A stretch of DNA of 32,000 bases from Cereibacter sphaeroides 2.4.1 (GTDB taxonomy: Bacteria > Pseudomonadota > Alphaproteobacteria > Rhodobacterales > Rhodobacteraceae): assembly GCF_000012905.2 (NCBI RefSeq), contig NC_007493.2, positions 330,001 through 362,000 of the forward strand, in the 5' to 3' direction. The notes beneath the pieces were generated by a model. The model did not search any database and was not told the origin of the DNA. It saw nothing but the letters and a program-made list of their open reading frames with translations. A program made the position numbers and the translations under genes. The number at the start of each line of letters is the position of its first letter. Position 1 is the first letter of the stretch. Of the stretch, positions 24,739 through 32,000 are shown piece by piece.

Positions 24739-25695
24739 ATGAGCTTCCGCCTTCAGCCCGCGCCGCCTGCCCGTCCGAACCGCTGCCAGCTGTTCGGCCC
24801 CGGCTCCCGGCCCGCGCTGTTCGAGAAGATGGCGGCCTCCGCAGCAGACGTGATCAACCTCGACCTCGAGGATTCGGTGGCGCCCGACGACAAGGCGCAG
24901 GCCCGCGCGAACATCATCGAGGCGATCAACGGGCTCGACTGGGGCCGCAAGTATCTCTCGGTCCGCATCAACGGTCTGGACACGCCCTTCTGGTATCGCG
25001 ACGTCGTGGACCTGCTCGAACAGGCCGGCGACCGGCTCGACCAGATCATGATCCCGAAGGTCGGCTGCGCGGCGGATGTCTATGCGGTCGATGCTCTGGT
25101 CACGGCCATCGAGCGCGCCAAGGGCCGCACCAAGCCCCTGAGCTTCGAGGTCATCATCGAATCGGCCGCGGGCATCGCCCATGTCGAGGAAATCGCGGCC
25201 TCCTCGCCGCGCCTGCAGGCCATGAGCCTCGGCGCCGCCGATTTCGCAGCCTCGATGGGGATGCAGACGACAGGTATCGGTGGCACGCAGGAAAACTACT
25301 ACATGTTGCATGACGGGCAGAAGCACTGGTCGGACCCGTGGCACTGGGCGCAGGCGGCCATCGTGGCGGCCTGCCGGACCCACGGGATCCTGCCCGTGGA
25401 CGGCCCGTTCGGCGATTTTTCCGACGATGAGGGCTTCCGCGCGCAGGCCCGCCGCTCGGCCACTCTGGGCATGGTGGGCAAATGGGCCATACATCCCAAA
25501 CAGGTGGCCCTTGCGAACGAAGTTTTCACCCCTTCCGAGACGGCCGTGACCGAAGCGCGCGAGATCCTCGCGGCGATGGATGCGGCCAAGGCGAGGGGCG
25601 AGGGCGCCACGGTCTACAAGGGAAGACTTGTTGACATCGCGTCCATCAAACAGGCAGAAGTGATCGTAAGGCAGGCAGAAATGATCTCGGCCTGA
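24739..25695 (+). CDS. mcl1: L-malyl-CoA/beta-methylmalyl-CoA lyase (ethylmalonyl-CoA pathway)
   Basis: 318 aa from in-frame ATG 24739 within track ORF 23380-25695. MSFRLQPAPPARPNRCQLFGPGSRPALFEKM... has HpcH/CitE-like fold motifs (NLDLEDSVAP, MIPKV, ESAAG, LGAADFAAS) and matches my memory of R. sphaeroides Mcl1. Confidence 0.9.
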   Translation: MSFRLQPAPPARPNRCQLFGPGSRPALFEKMAASAADVINLDLEDSVAPDDKAQARANIIEAINGLDWGRKYLSVRINGLDTPFWYRDVVDLLEQAGDRLDQIMIPKVGCAADVYAVDALVTAIERAKGRTKPLSFEVIIESAAGIAHVEEIAASSPRLQAMSLGAADFAASMGMQTTGIGGTQENYYMLHDGQKHWSDPWHWAQAAIVAACRTHGILPVDGPFGDFSDDEGFRAQARRSATLGMVGKWAIHPKQVALANEVFTPSETAVTEAREILAAMDAAKARGEGATVYKGRLVDIASIKQAEVIVRQAEMISA

Positions 25696-25752
25696 GTCAT
25701 ACCGGAGCTGCGGTAAGTTGGGAGGCAAGCCGCAGCAAATCGGGAGGACGCG

Positions 25753-25776
25753 CGCCCCGGACCCAGGTCCGGGGCG
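25753..25776 (+). terminator. Rho-independent terminator of mcl1
   Basis: CGCCCCGGAC (25753-25762) ccag GTCCGGGGCG (25767-25776), 10-bp stem, followed by TTGCTGTGTT. The tail is T-rich only on the plus strand. Confidence 0.65.
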
Positions 25777-25785
25777 TTGCTGTGT

Positions 25786-26256
25786 TCAGAGCAGCGGCAC
25801 GCAGATTTCTGTCACGAGCTGGTCGGACGGCGTCTCCATCGCCGCATTGCGGTAGATCTCGATCAGCGGACCTTCGGCCTGGATCTCGCGCGCCTCGGGC
25901 AGCCACTGGGAAAAGAAGTAGCGGTAGGCGCGGGCCAGCCCGCTGTAGGGGCCGGTGTACTGCAGGACGGCGTGCCGGCCGCCGCTCAGTCGCAGCTCCT
26001 CGAGGGGGGGCGCGATCTCCATCGCCTCCGGCAGGTCGATGCCCGCATGGCTGTGCAGCGCGCCCGGAGGCGCGAGCAGGGGGTTGTCCCAATAGACGCC
26101 GATCATGCAGCCCGCCTGCGACAGCAGGCTGCGCTCCTCGAGGATCTGGCAGATCTGGCCGAAGGTGGCGCCGATCTCCTCGAAGGAGCCCGTATGGCGA
26201 AGGGCAGCAAGGCGGCGTGGGGATGTTTCGCGAATATGCACGGGGAACATGGCCAT
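25786..26256 (-). CDS. GyrI-like small-molecule-binding domain protein (AraC-effector-binding/SOUL-like fold)
   Basis: 156 aa, GAGGAG SD. It shows the two-fold repeat pattern typical of GyrI-like domains (RLAALRHTGSFEEIGATFGQI ... HAVLQYTGPYSGLARAYRYFF ... PLIEIY). Confidence 0.65.
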   Translation of the reverse strand: MAMFPVHIRETSPRRLAALRHTGSFEEIGATFGQICQILEERSLLSQAGCMIGVYWDNPLLAPPGALHSHAGIDLPEAMEIAPPLEELRLSGGRHAVLQYTGPYSGLARAYRYFFSQWLPEAREIQAEGPLIEIYRNAAMETPSDQLVTEICVPLL

Positions 26257-26413
26257 GGCTCCTCAACTCATCGGACAATGACCCGATAGTGCGCCATTCT
26301 TCCTCCGGCGCTCGTGTGGCATCTTGACCGGACCCGCCCGCCGCGCCGGACGCTGCGGCACTCTTCCACGGGGCGCTGGCCCTCCGGTGCGACGGCGCGA
26401 CCCGGTCGTCATG

Positions 26414-26442
26414 TTGCATTTGCGCGCGCCCGGTTGCATATA
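26414..26442 (+). promoter_or_regulatory. Candidate sigma-70 promoter of accA (TTGCAT-N17-CATATA)
   Basis: TTGCAT at 26414-26419 and CATATA at 26437-26442, about 29 nt upstream of ATG 26471. GTTGCAT occurs twice as a direct repeat 20 bp apart (26413-19 and 26433-39). Confidence 0.35.
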
Positions 26443-26470
26443 CCGGGCCGGTCCGCACGGAGTGTCCGCG

Positions 26471-27430
26471 ATGAACTATCTCGAATTCGAAAAGCCGCTG
26501 TCCGAGATCGAGGGCAAGGCCGAGGAGTTGCGCGCGCTCGCGCGGGGCAACAGGGAGATGGACGTCGAGAAGGAAGCGTCGGCGCTCGACAAGAAGGCCG
26601 AGACGCTGCTGAAGGATCTCTACAAGGACCTGACCCCCTGGCGGAAGTGCCAGGTGGCGCGCCATCCCGACCGCCCGCACTGCAAGGACTATATCGAGGG
26701 CCTCTTCACCGAATATACGCCGCTCGCGGGCGACCGGAACTTCGCCGACGACCATGCGATCATGGGCGGGCTCGCGCGGTTCAACGACAATCCGGTGGTG
26801 GTGATCGGTCAGGAGAAGGGCCACGACACCAAGACCCGGATCGAGCGCAACTTCGGCATGGCCCGCCCCGAGGGCTATCGCAAAGCCATCCGGCTGATGG
26901 AGATGGCGCACCGCTTCCGGCTGCCGGTCATCACGCTCGTGGATACGCCCGGCGCCTATCCCGGCAAGGGTGCGGAAGAGCGCGGCCAGGCCGAGGCCAT
27001 TGCGCGGGCCACGCAGAAATGCCTCGAGATCGGCGTGCCGCTGGTGGCGGTGGTGATCGGCGAGGGCGGCTCGGGCGGGGCGGTGGCGCTGGCCACGGCG
27101 AACCGGATCGCCATGCTCGAACATTCGGTCTATTCGGTGATCTCGCCCGAGGGCTGCGCCTCGATCCTGTGGAAGGATGCCGAGAAGATGCGCGAAGCCG
27201 CCGAAGCCCTGCGGCTGACCGCGCAGGATCTCCACAAGCTCGGCGTGATCGACCGGATCATCAAGGAGCCGCTCGGCGGGGCGCAGCGCGGACGCCGCGA
27301 GACGGTCGACGCCGTGGGCAAGGCCATCGAGATGATGCTGAAGGAGCTGGTGGGCCGCAAGCCCGAGTGGCTCGTGAAGGATCGGCGCAACAAGTTCCTC
27401 GACATGGGGTCGAAGGGCCTCGCGGCGTGA
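26471..27430 (+). CDS. accA: Acetyl-CoA carboxylase carboxyltransferase alpha subunit
   Basis: 319 aa from ATG 26471 ([16 protein letters not shown]...), GGAG SD. The track ORF has a 49-codon N-terminal extension from 26324. [39 protein letters not shown]-type motifs. Confidence 0.96.
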   Translation: MNYLEFEKPLSEIEGKAEELRALARGNREMDVEKEASALDKKAETLLKDLYKDLTPWRKCQVARHPDRPHCKDYIEGLFTEYTPLAGDRNFADDHAIMGGLARFNDNPVVVIGQEKGHDTKTRIERNFGMARPEGYRKAIRLMEMAHRFRLPVITLVDTPGAYPGKGAEERGQAEAIARATQKCLEIGVPLVAVVIGEGGSGGAVALATANRIAMLEHSVYSVISPEGCASILWKDAEKMREAAEALRLTAQDLHKLGVIDRIIKEPLGGAQRGRRETVDAVGKAIEMMLKELVGRKPEWLVKDRRNKFLDMGSKGLAA

Positions 27431-27741
27431 CGCCCTGGCTCCTCGTGCTGGTGGCCGGTCTCATGGAGACCGGCTGGGCACTGGGCCTCAAATATTCCGA
27501 TGGATTCACCCGCCCCGTGCCGAGCGTTCTCACGCTCGTCGGCGCGGTGGCGAGCTTCTGGCTGCTGAGCCTCGCCATGAAGAGCCTGCCCGTCGGCACC
27601 GCCTATGCGGTGTGGGTCGGCATCGGCGCGGTGGGGACGGCGCTCCTCGCCATGGCGCTTTTCGGCGAGCCTGCCTCTCCCCTGCGGATCGCGGGCATCG
27701 GCCTGATCCTCGCCGGCATCATCGCGCTGAAGCTCGCCTGA
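27427..27741 (+). CDS. sugE: SMR-family small multidrug-resistance/guanidinium exporter (SugE/Gdx type)
   Basis: 104 aa from GTG 27427, overlapping the accA TGA (GTGA). It is in frame with the tail of track ORF 26314-27741. (V)[26 protein letters not shown]...[21 protein letters not shown] aligns position-for-position with E. coli SugE as I recall it, including the essential membrane Glu (LMETGW). Confidence 0.85.
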   Translation: MTPWLLVLVAGLMETGWALGLKYSDGFTRPVPSVLTLVGAVASFWLLSLAMKSLPVGTAYAVWVGIGAVGTALLAMALFGEPASPLRIAGIGLILAGIIALKLA

Positions 27742-27879
27742 GGGCCGCTCCCGGGGCGGGACGCGCGCCCGCGGCGCAGTTCCTCCCGCTGAACGCTCAC
27801 GCCCCCGTCACGAGGGGGTGAGGCCGAGGAACGGCTCCGGCCTCCTCCCGTTGGCGCGGCACAGTCAAGGGAGATACAG

Positions 27880-29058
27880 ATGATCCGCCGCAGCCCGCTC
27901 GTCCTTCTGCTTCTGCCCGCCGGCGCCTTCGCCCAGCCCGTCGAGCAGGGTCCCGCCGCAACCGATTTCGAACCGGCCTTCGAGACCCAAACCCGCGCGC
28001 CGGCGCTGGAAGCAACCGGGGCCACGGCGGAGCCCTTCGTGGAGGGGCTCGAGCATCCCTGGGGCATCGCGGCCCTGCCGGAGGGCGGATGGCTCGTGAC
28101 CGAGCGGCCCGGCCGTCTGCGGATGGTCTCCGAGGACGGAACGCTGTCCGACCCGATCAAGGGTCTGCCCGGGGTGGATGCCCGCAAGCAAGGCGGTCTC
28201 CTGGACGTGGCCACGGGCCCGACCTTCGCCGAAGACCGGATGATCTACTGGACCTATGCCAAGGCGGTCGAGGGCGGCACCATCACCGCCGCGGCGCGAG
28301 GCGTGCTGTCGGAGGACGGGGCGGAGGTGAGCGCGGTCGAGGACATCTTCCGGCAGGAGCCGCCCTCACAGGCGCCGATGCACTACGGCTCGCGCATCCT
28401 GTTCGACGGCGAGGGCCATGCGATCATCACCACCGGCGAACATTCGATCGAGGCCGAGCGCGACCGGGCGCAGGATCTCGGCACCAGCTACGGCAAGGTG
28501 ATCCGGGTGGCGCTGGATGGCGGGACGCCCGAGGACAATCCCTTCGCCGAGAGCGAGGGCCTCGGCACCATCTGGAGCTACGGCCACCGCAACATCCAGA
28601 GCGCGGCCTTCGACGCGGAGGGCCAGCTCTGGATCGTCGAGCACGGGCCCAAGGGCGGAGACGAGCTGAACCTGATCCAGCCGGGCGCGAACTACGGCTG
28701 GCCCGAGGTGAGCTACGGGGTGAATTACGACGGCTCGCCCGTGGGCACCGGAGAGCCGCGCGGCGAGGGCTTCACCGAGCCCACCTATTACTGGGATCCG
28801 GTCATCGCACCGGGCGACATGACCTTCTATCGGGGCACCGCGTTCGAGAGCTGGCAGGGCGACCTGCTCGTGGGCTCGATGAAGCCCGGCGGTCTTGTCC
28901 GGCTGACGCTCGAGGAGGGCCGCGTCGCCGGCGAGGAGCGCCTGCTGGGCGACGTGGGCCGGGTCCGCGATGTCGAGGAGACGGGGGAGGGTCACATTCT
29001 CCTGCTGATCGACGCGCCGGATGGCGGCATCCTGCGGGTGACGCCCGAGGCCGGCTGA
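27880..29058 (+). CDS. PQQ-dependent soluble sugar (aldose/sorbosone) dehydrogenase, YliI-like beta-propeller
   Basis: 392 aa, AGGGAG SD. Signal peptide MIRRSPLVLLLLPAGAFA/QP. GLEHPWGIAALPEGGWLVTERPGRLRMV, GGLLDVA, HYGSRILF, GHRNIQS, EHGPKGGDELNL, NYGWPEVSYG. Confidence 0.85.
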   Translation: MIRRSPLVLLLLPAGAFAQPVEQGPAATDFEPAFETQTRAPALEATGATAEPFVEGLEHPWGIAALPEGGWLVTERPGRLRMVSEDGTLSDPIKGLPGVDARKQGGLLDVATGPTFAEDRMIYWTYAKAVEGGTITAAARGVLSEDGAEVSAVEDIFRQEPPSQAPMHYGSRILFDGEGHAIITTGEHSIEAERDRAQDLGTSYGKVIRVALDGGTPEDNPFAESEGLGTIWSYGHRNIQSAAFDAEGQLWIVEHGPKGGDELNLIQPGANYGWPEVSYGVNYDGSPVGTGEPRGEGFTEPTYYWDPVIAPGDMTFYRGTAFESWQGDLLVGSMKPGGLVRLTLEEGRVAGEERLLGDVGRVRDVEETGEGHILLLIDAPDGGILRVTPEAG

Positions 29059-29082
29059 CGCTCCGGCCGGGAGTCTCGGGCC

Positions 29083-30042
29083 TCAGTCGAAGGTGCCCGA
29101 GGCCCGGCCGATCAGCATGAAGGCTCGTGCGGTGCGGGTCTCCGACATATCGACGATCTCGGCGTCGCTCGCCTGTCCGGCGAAGTGCGAGACCGTCCGG
29201 TCGAAGGCCCGCAGGAAATGGTGCGAGGCATCGCGGAAGACCGCGTCCTCGCGCATCTTGACCGCGACCGAGGCGAGCGCCTCCTTGTCATGGATGCCGC
29301 CCAGATCCGAGATCGGCCGCCCGCGCTCGCCCTCGGCGAAGCGGCGCCAGATATCGGGGCGCGCGCGGTCTGGCGGAAAGTCCTCCATGAAGAGGCCGAG
29401 CTGGCTCAGGAGCGTCAGCACATCCTGCGCGGCCCGGATCAGCTTGGCCGAGGACGGATCCTCGAGCGCCCGGCGCAGCGCGCGAAAGCCCGCGCGATCC
29501 TCGGCGCTTTCGGGGAAGTTCATCGCCCGGACCAGATCGCCCACCGTCAGCGGCGCGCGCTGGCGCGGCCCGCCGAGCGCGAGCGCCGGCTGATCCTCGG
29601 GGGCGCGACCGGCAGGGGCGGGCTCGGCGGGCACCGCGAAGAGCTCGGCCAGCCGGGTCTCCGTCTGGTGCTGGGCCGCGGCCAGTTCCTCCACCCGCTT
29701 TTCCAGCGCCACACGCGCGGCGCCGCCCTGCTGGCTCACGAGATGGGCCTTGCGCATCGCATCGACGGCCGAAGCCATGCGCTCGTTCTCGGCCTTCAGA
29801 TGCCGGATGGTGCGCAGGAAGAGCACCATCGAGACCGTCAGCGTCAGCGGCAGCACCACGGCGAGGATCGCCATGACATGCGCGAAGATCCCGCCGTCGC
29901 CGCGGAAGATCAGATGGAGCGCGACCGAAAGCGTCCAGAGGAGGCCGGCCCCGGCCACCCCGGCTTCGAGCGGAGACAGCGCGGCCAGACGCTCGCGGGC
30001 GTAGAAGCCCAGATCGACGGACTTGTCCTGCGGCTCGGTCAT
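29083..30042 (-). CDS. Membrane-anchored coiled-coil protein, unknown function (co-transcribed with greA)
   Basis: 319 aa from ATG 30042 (MTEPQDKS...), GGGGA SD, 10 nt after the greA stop. The track ORF extends 29 Arg/Ser-rich codons to 30129, overlapping greA. It has two TM helices, a heptad-like segment (RTIRHLKAENERMASAVDAMRKAH...VEELAAAQHQTETRLAEL), a Pro/Ala linker and a C-terminal domain of ~150 aa. Confidence 0.65.
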   Translation of the reverse strand: MTEPQDKSVDLGFYARERLAALSPLEAGVAGAGLLWTLSVALHLIFRGDGGIFAHVMAILAVVLPLTLTVSMVLFLRTIRHLKAENERMASAVDAMRKAHLVSQQGGAARVALEKRVEELAAAQHQTETRLAELFAVPAEPAPAGRAPEDQPALALGGPRQRAPLTVGDLVRAMNFPESAEDRAGFRALRRALEDPSSAKLIRAAQDVLTLLSQLGLFMEDFPPDRARPDIWRRFAEGERGRPISDLGGIHDKEALASVAVKMREDAVFRDASHHFLRAFDRTVSHFAGQASDAEIVDMSETRTARAFMLIGRASGTFD

Positions 30043-30052
30043 GGCGTCCCCG

Positions 30053-30523
30053 TCAGACGAACCGGACCGAGACCACCTCGTATCCGCGCTCGCCGCCCGG
30101 CGTCTTGACCTCGATCGAGTCGCCCTCATCCTTGCCGATCAGCGCGCGCGCCAGCGGCGACTTGATGTTCAGAAGCCCCGCCTCGATGTCGGCCTCGGCC
30201 TCGCCCACGATCTGATAGGTGCGCTCTTCCTCGGTCTCCTCGTCGAGGATCGTGACCGTGGCGCCGAACTTGATCGAGCCCGAGAGCTTCGCCGGGTCGA
30301 TCACCTCGGCCAGCGACAGGATCGCCTCGAGCTCCTTGATGCGGCCCTCGATGAAGCTCTGCTTCTCGCGCGCGGCGTGATATTCGGCATTCTCCGACAG
30401 GTCGCCATGCTCGCGCGCCTCGGCGATGGAGCGGATGACGGCCGGACGCTCCACGGTCTTCAGCGTCTTGAGTTCGTCGTCGAGCGCGGTGAAGCCCGCG
30501 CGGGTCATCGGAATCTTGTCCAT
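30053..30523 (-). CDS. greA: Transcription elongation factor GreA
   Basis: 156 aa. [22 protein letters not shown]...[26 protein letters not shown] (acidic-tip coiled coil), then the C-terminal FKBP-like domain. Confidence 0.97.
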   Translation of the reverse strand: MDKIPMTRAGFTALDDELKTLKTVERPAVIRSIAEAREHGDLSENAEYHAAREKQSFIEGRIKELEAILSLAEVIDPAKLSGSIKFGATVTILDEETEEERTYQIVGEAEADIEAGLLNIKSPLARALIGKDEGDSIEVKTPGGERGYEVVSVRFV

Positions 30524-30535
30524 CTGCCTTCACCC

Positions 30536-30572
30536 AAAAAACAGAAAGCCACGGCCCGGGCAGGGCCATGAC
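30536..30572 (-). terminator. Intrinsic terminator inside the greA 5' leader
   Basis: Minus-strand RNA reads GUCAUGGCCC ugccc GGGCCGUGGC UUUCUGUUUUUU, from plus-strand arms 30563-30572 / 30548-30557 and tail 30536-30547. It is a 10-bp stem. Two of its pairs are G.U on the minus-strand RNA but would be C.A mismatches on the plus strand. The U-tract ends 12 nt before the greA AUG, with only GGGUGAAGGCAG (SD) in between. Confidence 0.65.
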
Positions 30573-30795
30573 CTTGAGCTTGCGTTCCCCTCACCTGATC
30601 CGATGGGACCGACGAATGCAAGGGGGTCCGTGCCCCGCCGCCTGAGGGCCGCAGGGGCGCAGCATTTGTCGCGGCACGCGGGCGCGCGGAGCGCCGCGTC
30701 ACGATTGACCTTGCGCCATGCATGTTGCAGGAACGACGAGATGTCTTAACAGCCCTTTCCAGCCGGGCCGACCGGGCCCGCCAGAGGACCGCCTG

Positions 30796-32000
30796 ATGAC
30801 CGAGCAGACTCCCCGCGAGCAGATGGAATATGATGTCGTCATCGTGGGGGCGGGGCCGTCGGGCCTGTCGGCGGCTATCCGGTTGAAACAGCTCGACCCG
30901 GATCTGTCGGTCGTCCTGCTCGAGAAGGGCTCGGAGGTGGGCGCGCATATCCTGTCGGGTGCGGTGCTCGATCCGGCGGGTCTGAACGCGCTGATCCCCG
31001 ACTGGAAGGAGAAGGGCGCGCCGCTCAACACGCCGGTGACCGAGGATCATTTCTTCGTCCTCACCCCCGCCGGCCAGACCATGCTGCCCTCGTGGCCGGT
31101 GCCGAAGCTCATGGACAACCACGGCAACTATGTCGTGTCGATGGGCAATGTCTGCCGCTGGCTCGCCACGCAGGCCGAGGAGCTGGGCGTCGAGATCTTC
31201 CCGGGCATGTCCTGTTCCGAGCTCGTCTATGGCGAGAACGGCGAGGTGCGCGGCGTGGTGGCGGGCGAGTTCGGCAAGAATGCCGACGGCACGCCCGGCC
31301 CGAGCTACGAGCCCGGGATGGAGCTTCTGGGCAAGTATGTGATGCTGGCCGAAGGCGTGCGCGGCTCGCTCTCCAAGCAGGTGATGGAGAAGTTCGATCT
31401 CCGCAAGGGCTACGGGCCGCAGAAATACGGCCTCGGCATGAAGGAGATCTGGGAGATCGACCCGGCCAAGCACAAGCCGGGCCGGATCTGGCACACGATG
31501 GGCTGGCCTCTGGGCAAGAATGCGGGCGGCGGATCGTTCATCTATCATGCCGAGAACAATCAGGTCTTCATCGGCCTCGTCGTCCACCTGAACTACGAGA
31601 ACCCGCATCTCTATCCCTATCAGGAGTTCCAGCGCTTCAAGCATCACCCGATGGTGGCCGAGCTGCTGAAGGGCGGCAAGCGCGTGGCCTATGGCGCGCG
31701 GGCGATCTCGGAAGGGGGCTACCAGTCGCTGCCGAAGATGGTCTTCCCGGGCGGCGCGCTCCTTGGCTGCTCGGCCGGCATGGTCAACGTGCCGCGCATC
31801 AAGGGCAACCACAATGCCATGCTCTCGGGCAAGGCCGCGGCCGAGGCCGCCCATGCCGCGATCAAGGCCGGCCGGCAGTCGGACGAGCTGTCCGACTACG
31901 AGCAGTCGGTCCGCAAGGGGCCCATCGGGCAGGACCTCTGGAAGGTCCGCAACGTCAAGCCGATCTGGTCGCATCTCGGGCTCTATGCCTCGATGGCGCT
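30796..32000 (+). CDS. Electron-transfer flavoprotein-ubiquinone oxidoreductase (ETF-QO), N-terminal ~401 codons; 3' end beyond the window
   Basis: It is not in the ORF track because no stop codon is reached. My manual translation from ATG 30796 gives MTEQTPREQMEYDVVIVGAGPSGLSAAIRLKQL (FAD GxGxxG fold)... VMLAEGVRGSLSK... YGLGMKEIWEI... HTMGWPL... GGSFIYH... YQEFQRFKHHP... GCSAGMVNVPRIKGNHNAM, which is characteristic of ETF-QO. Confidence 0.9.
   Translation, partial: MTEQTPREQMEYDVVIVGAGPSGLSAAIRLKQLDPDLSVVLLEKGSEVGAHILSGAVLDPAGLNALIPDWKEKGAPLNTPVTEDHFFVLTPAGQTMLPSWPVPKLMDNHGNYVVSMGNVCRWLATQAEELGVEIFPGMSCSELVYGENGEVRGVVAGEFGKNADGTPGPSYEPGMELLGKYVMLAEGVRGSLSKQVMEKFDLRKGYGPQKYGLGMKEIWEIDPAKHKPGRIWHTMGWPLGKNAGGGSFIYHAENNQVFIGLVVHLNYENPHLYPYQEFQRFKHHPMVAELLKGGKRVAYGARAISEGGYQSLPKMVFPGGALLGCSAGMVNVPRIKGNHNAMLSGKAAAEAAHAAIKAGRQSDELSDYEQSVRKGPIGQDLWKVRNVKPIWSHLGLYASMA

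Noticed and set aside
27742-27879. Possible riboswitch or regulatory RNA around sugE and upstream of the PQQ sugar dehydrogenase.
   Set aside because: sugE has no leader, because it overlaps accA. The 138-nt downstream spacer contains only ordinary GC hairpins (e.g. GAGGCCG...CGGCCTC) consistent with termination. I recognised no conserved riboswitch core.
1-32000. Scan for mobile elements, CRISPR arrays, tRNA/rRNA genes, toxin-antitoxin or defence-system genes, and abrupt compositional shifts.
   Set aside because: I found none. There are no transposase/integrase/recombinase-like ORFs, no terminal inverted repeats or repeat-spacer arrays, and no tRNA-like GGTTCGAATCC T-arm motifs. Composition is uniformly GC-rich throughout, and all the genes are of a core-metabolism or housekeeping type.

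Overview
This 32-kb window is very GC-rich (about two-thirds G+C by eye, not computed), with strong G/C preference at codon position 3. It looks like an alphaproteobacterial chromosomal segment. The gene content includes an aapQMP/bztBCD-type amino-acid ABC transporter, panBC, pyk-rpmI-rplT-pheS...pheT, L-malyl-CoA lyase mcl1 of the ethylmalonyl-CoA pathway, accA, greA and ETF-ubiquinone oxidoreductase. That content, plus my recollection of the Mcl1 protein, points to a Rhodobacter/Cereibacter sphaeroides-like Rhodobacteraceae genome (inference, not a search result).

I support 31 protein-coding genes plus 1 tentative small ORF. Two run off the window edges: aapQ at the 5' end, and ETF-QO at the 3' end. 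ETF-QO is absent from the ORF track because it has no stop codon in the window. I saw no rRNA, tRNA, CRISPR array, transposase, integrase or phage gene. This is a core housekeeping region, not an island, and I found no convincing large novel system.

The observations I consider most worth a second look are:
- a strand-specific intrinsic terminator with a U-tract that ends 12 nt upstream of the greA start codon (a GraL-like leader);
- pheS and pheT separated by 1.1 kb, which holds a 4-TM protein gene ending in a 15-nt tandem repeat (LPxLS x5), two hairpins and a convergent small Tat-signal-like ORF;
- a dgcN-dgcA-dat D-amino-acid (D-Glu) salvage operon with a triple half-site operator and a convergent orphan N-formylglutamate-amidohydrolase-family gene;
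- a three-unit, 11-bp-periodic Pho-box-like repeat upstream of a secreted two-domain phytase-like protein;
- a duplicated 35-nt hairpin element in the spacer downstream of dat;
- sugE (SMR/Gdx) translationally coupled to accA.

The many long ORFs antisense to real genes are GC-rich shadow ORFs and were rejected. The ORF track translates alternative start codons (GTG/TTG) as M, so several starts were re-evaluated.
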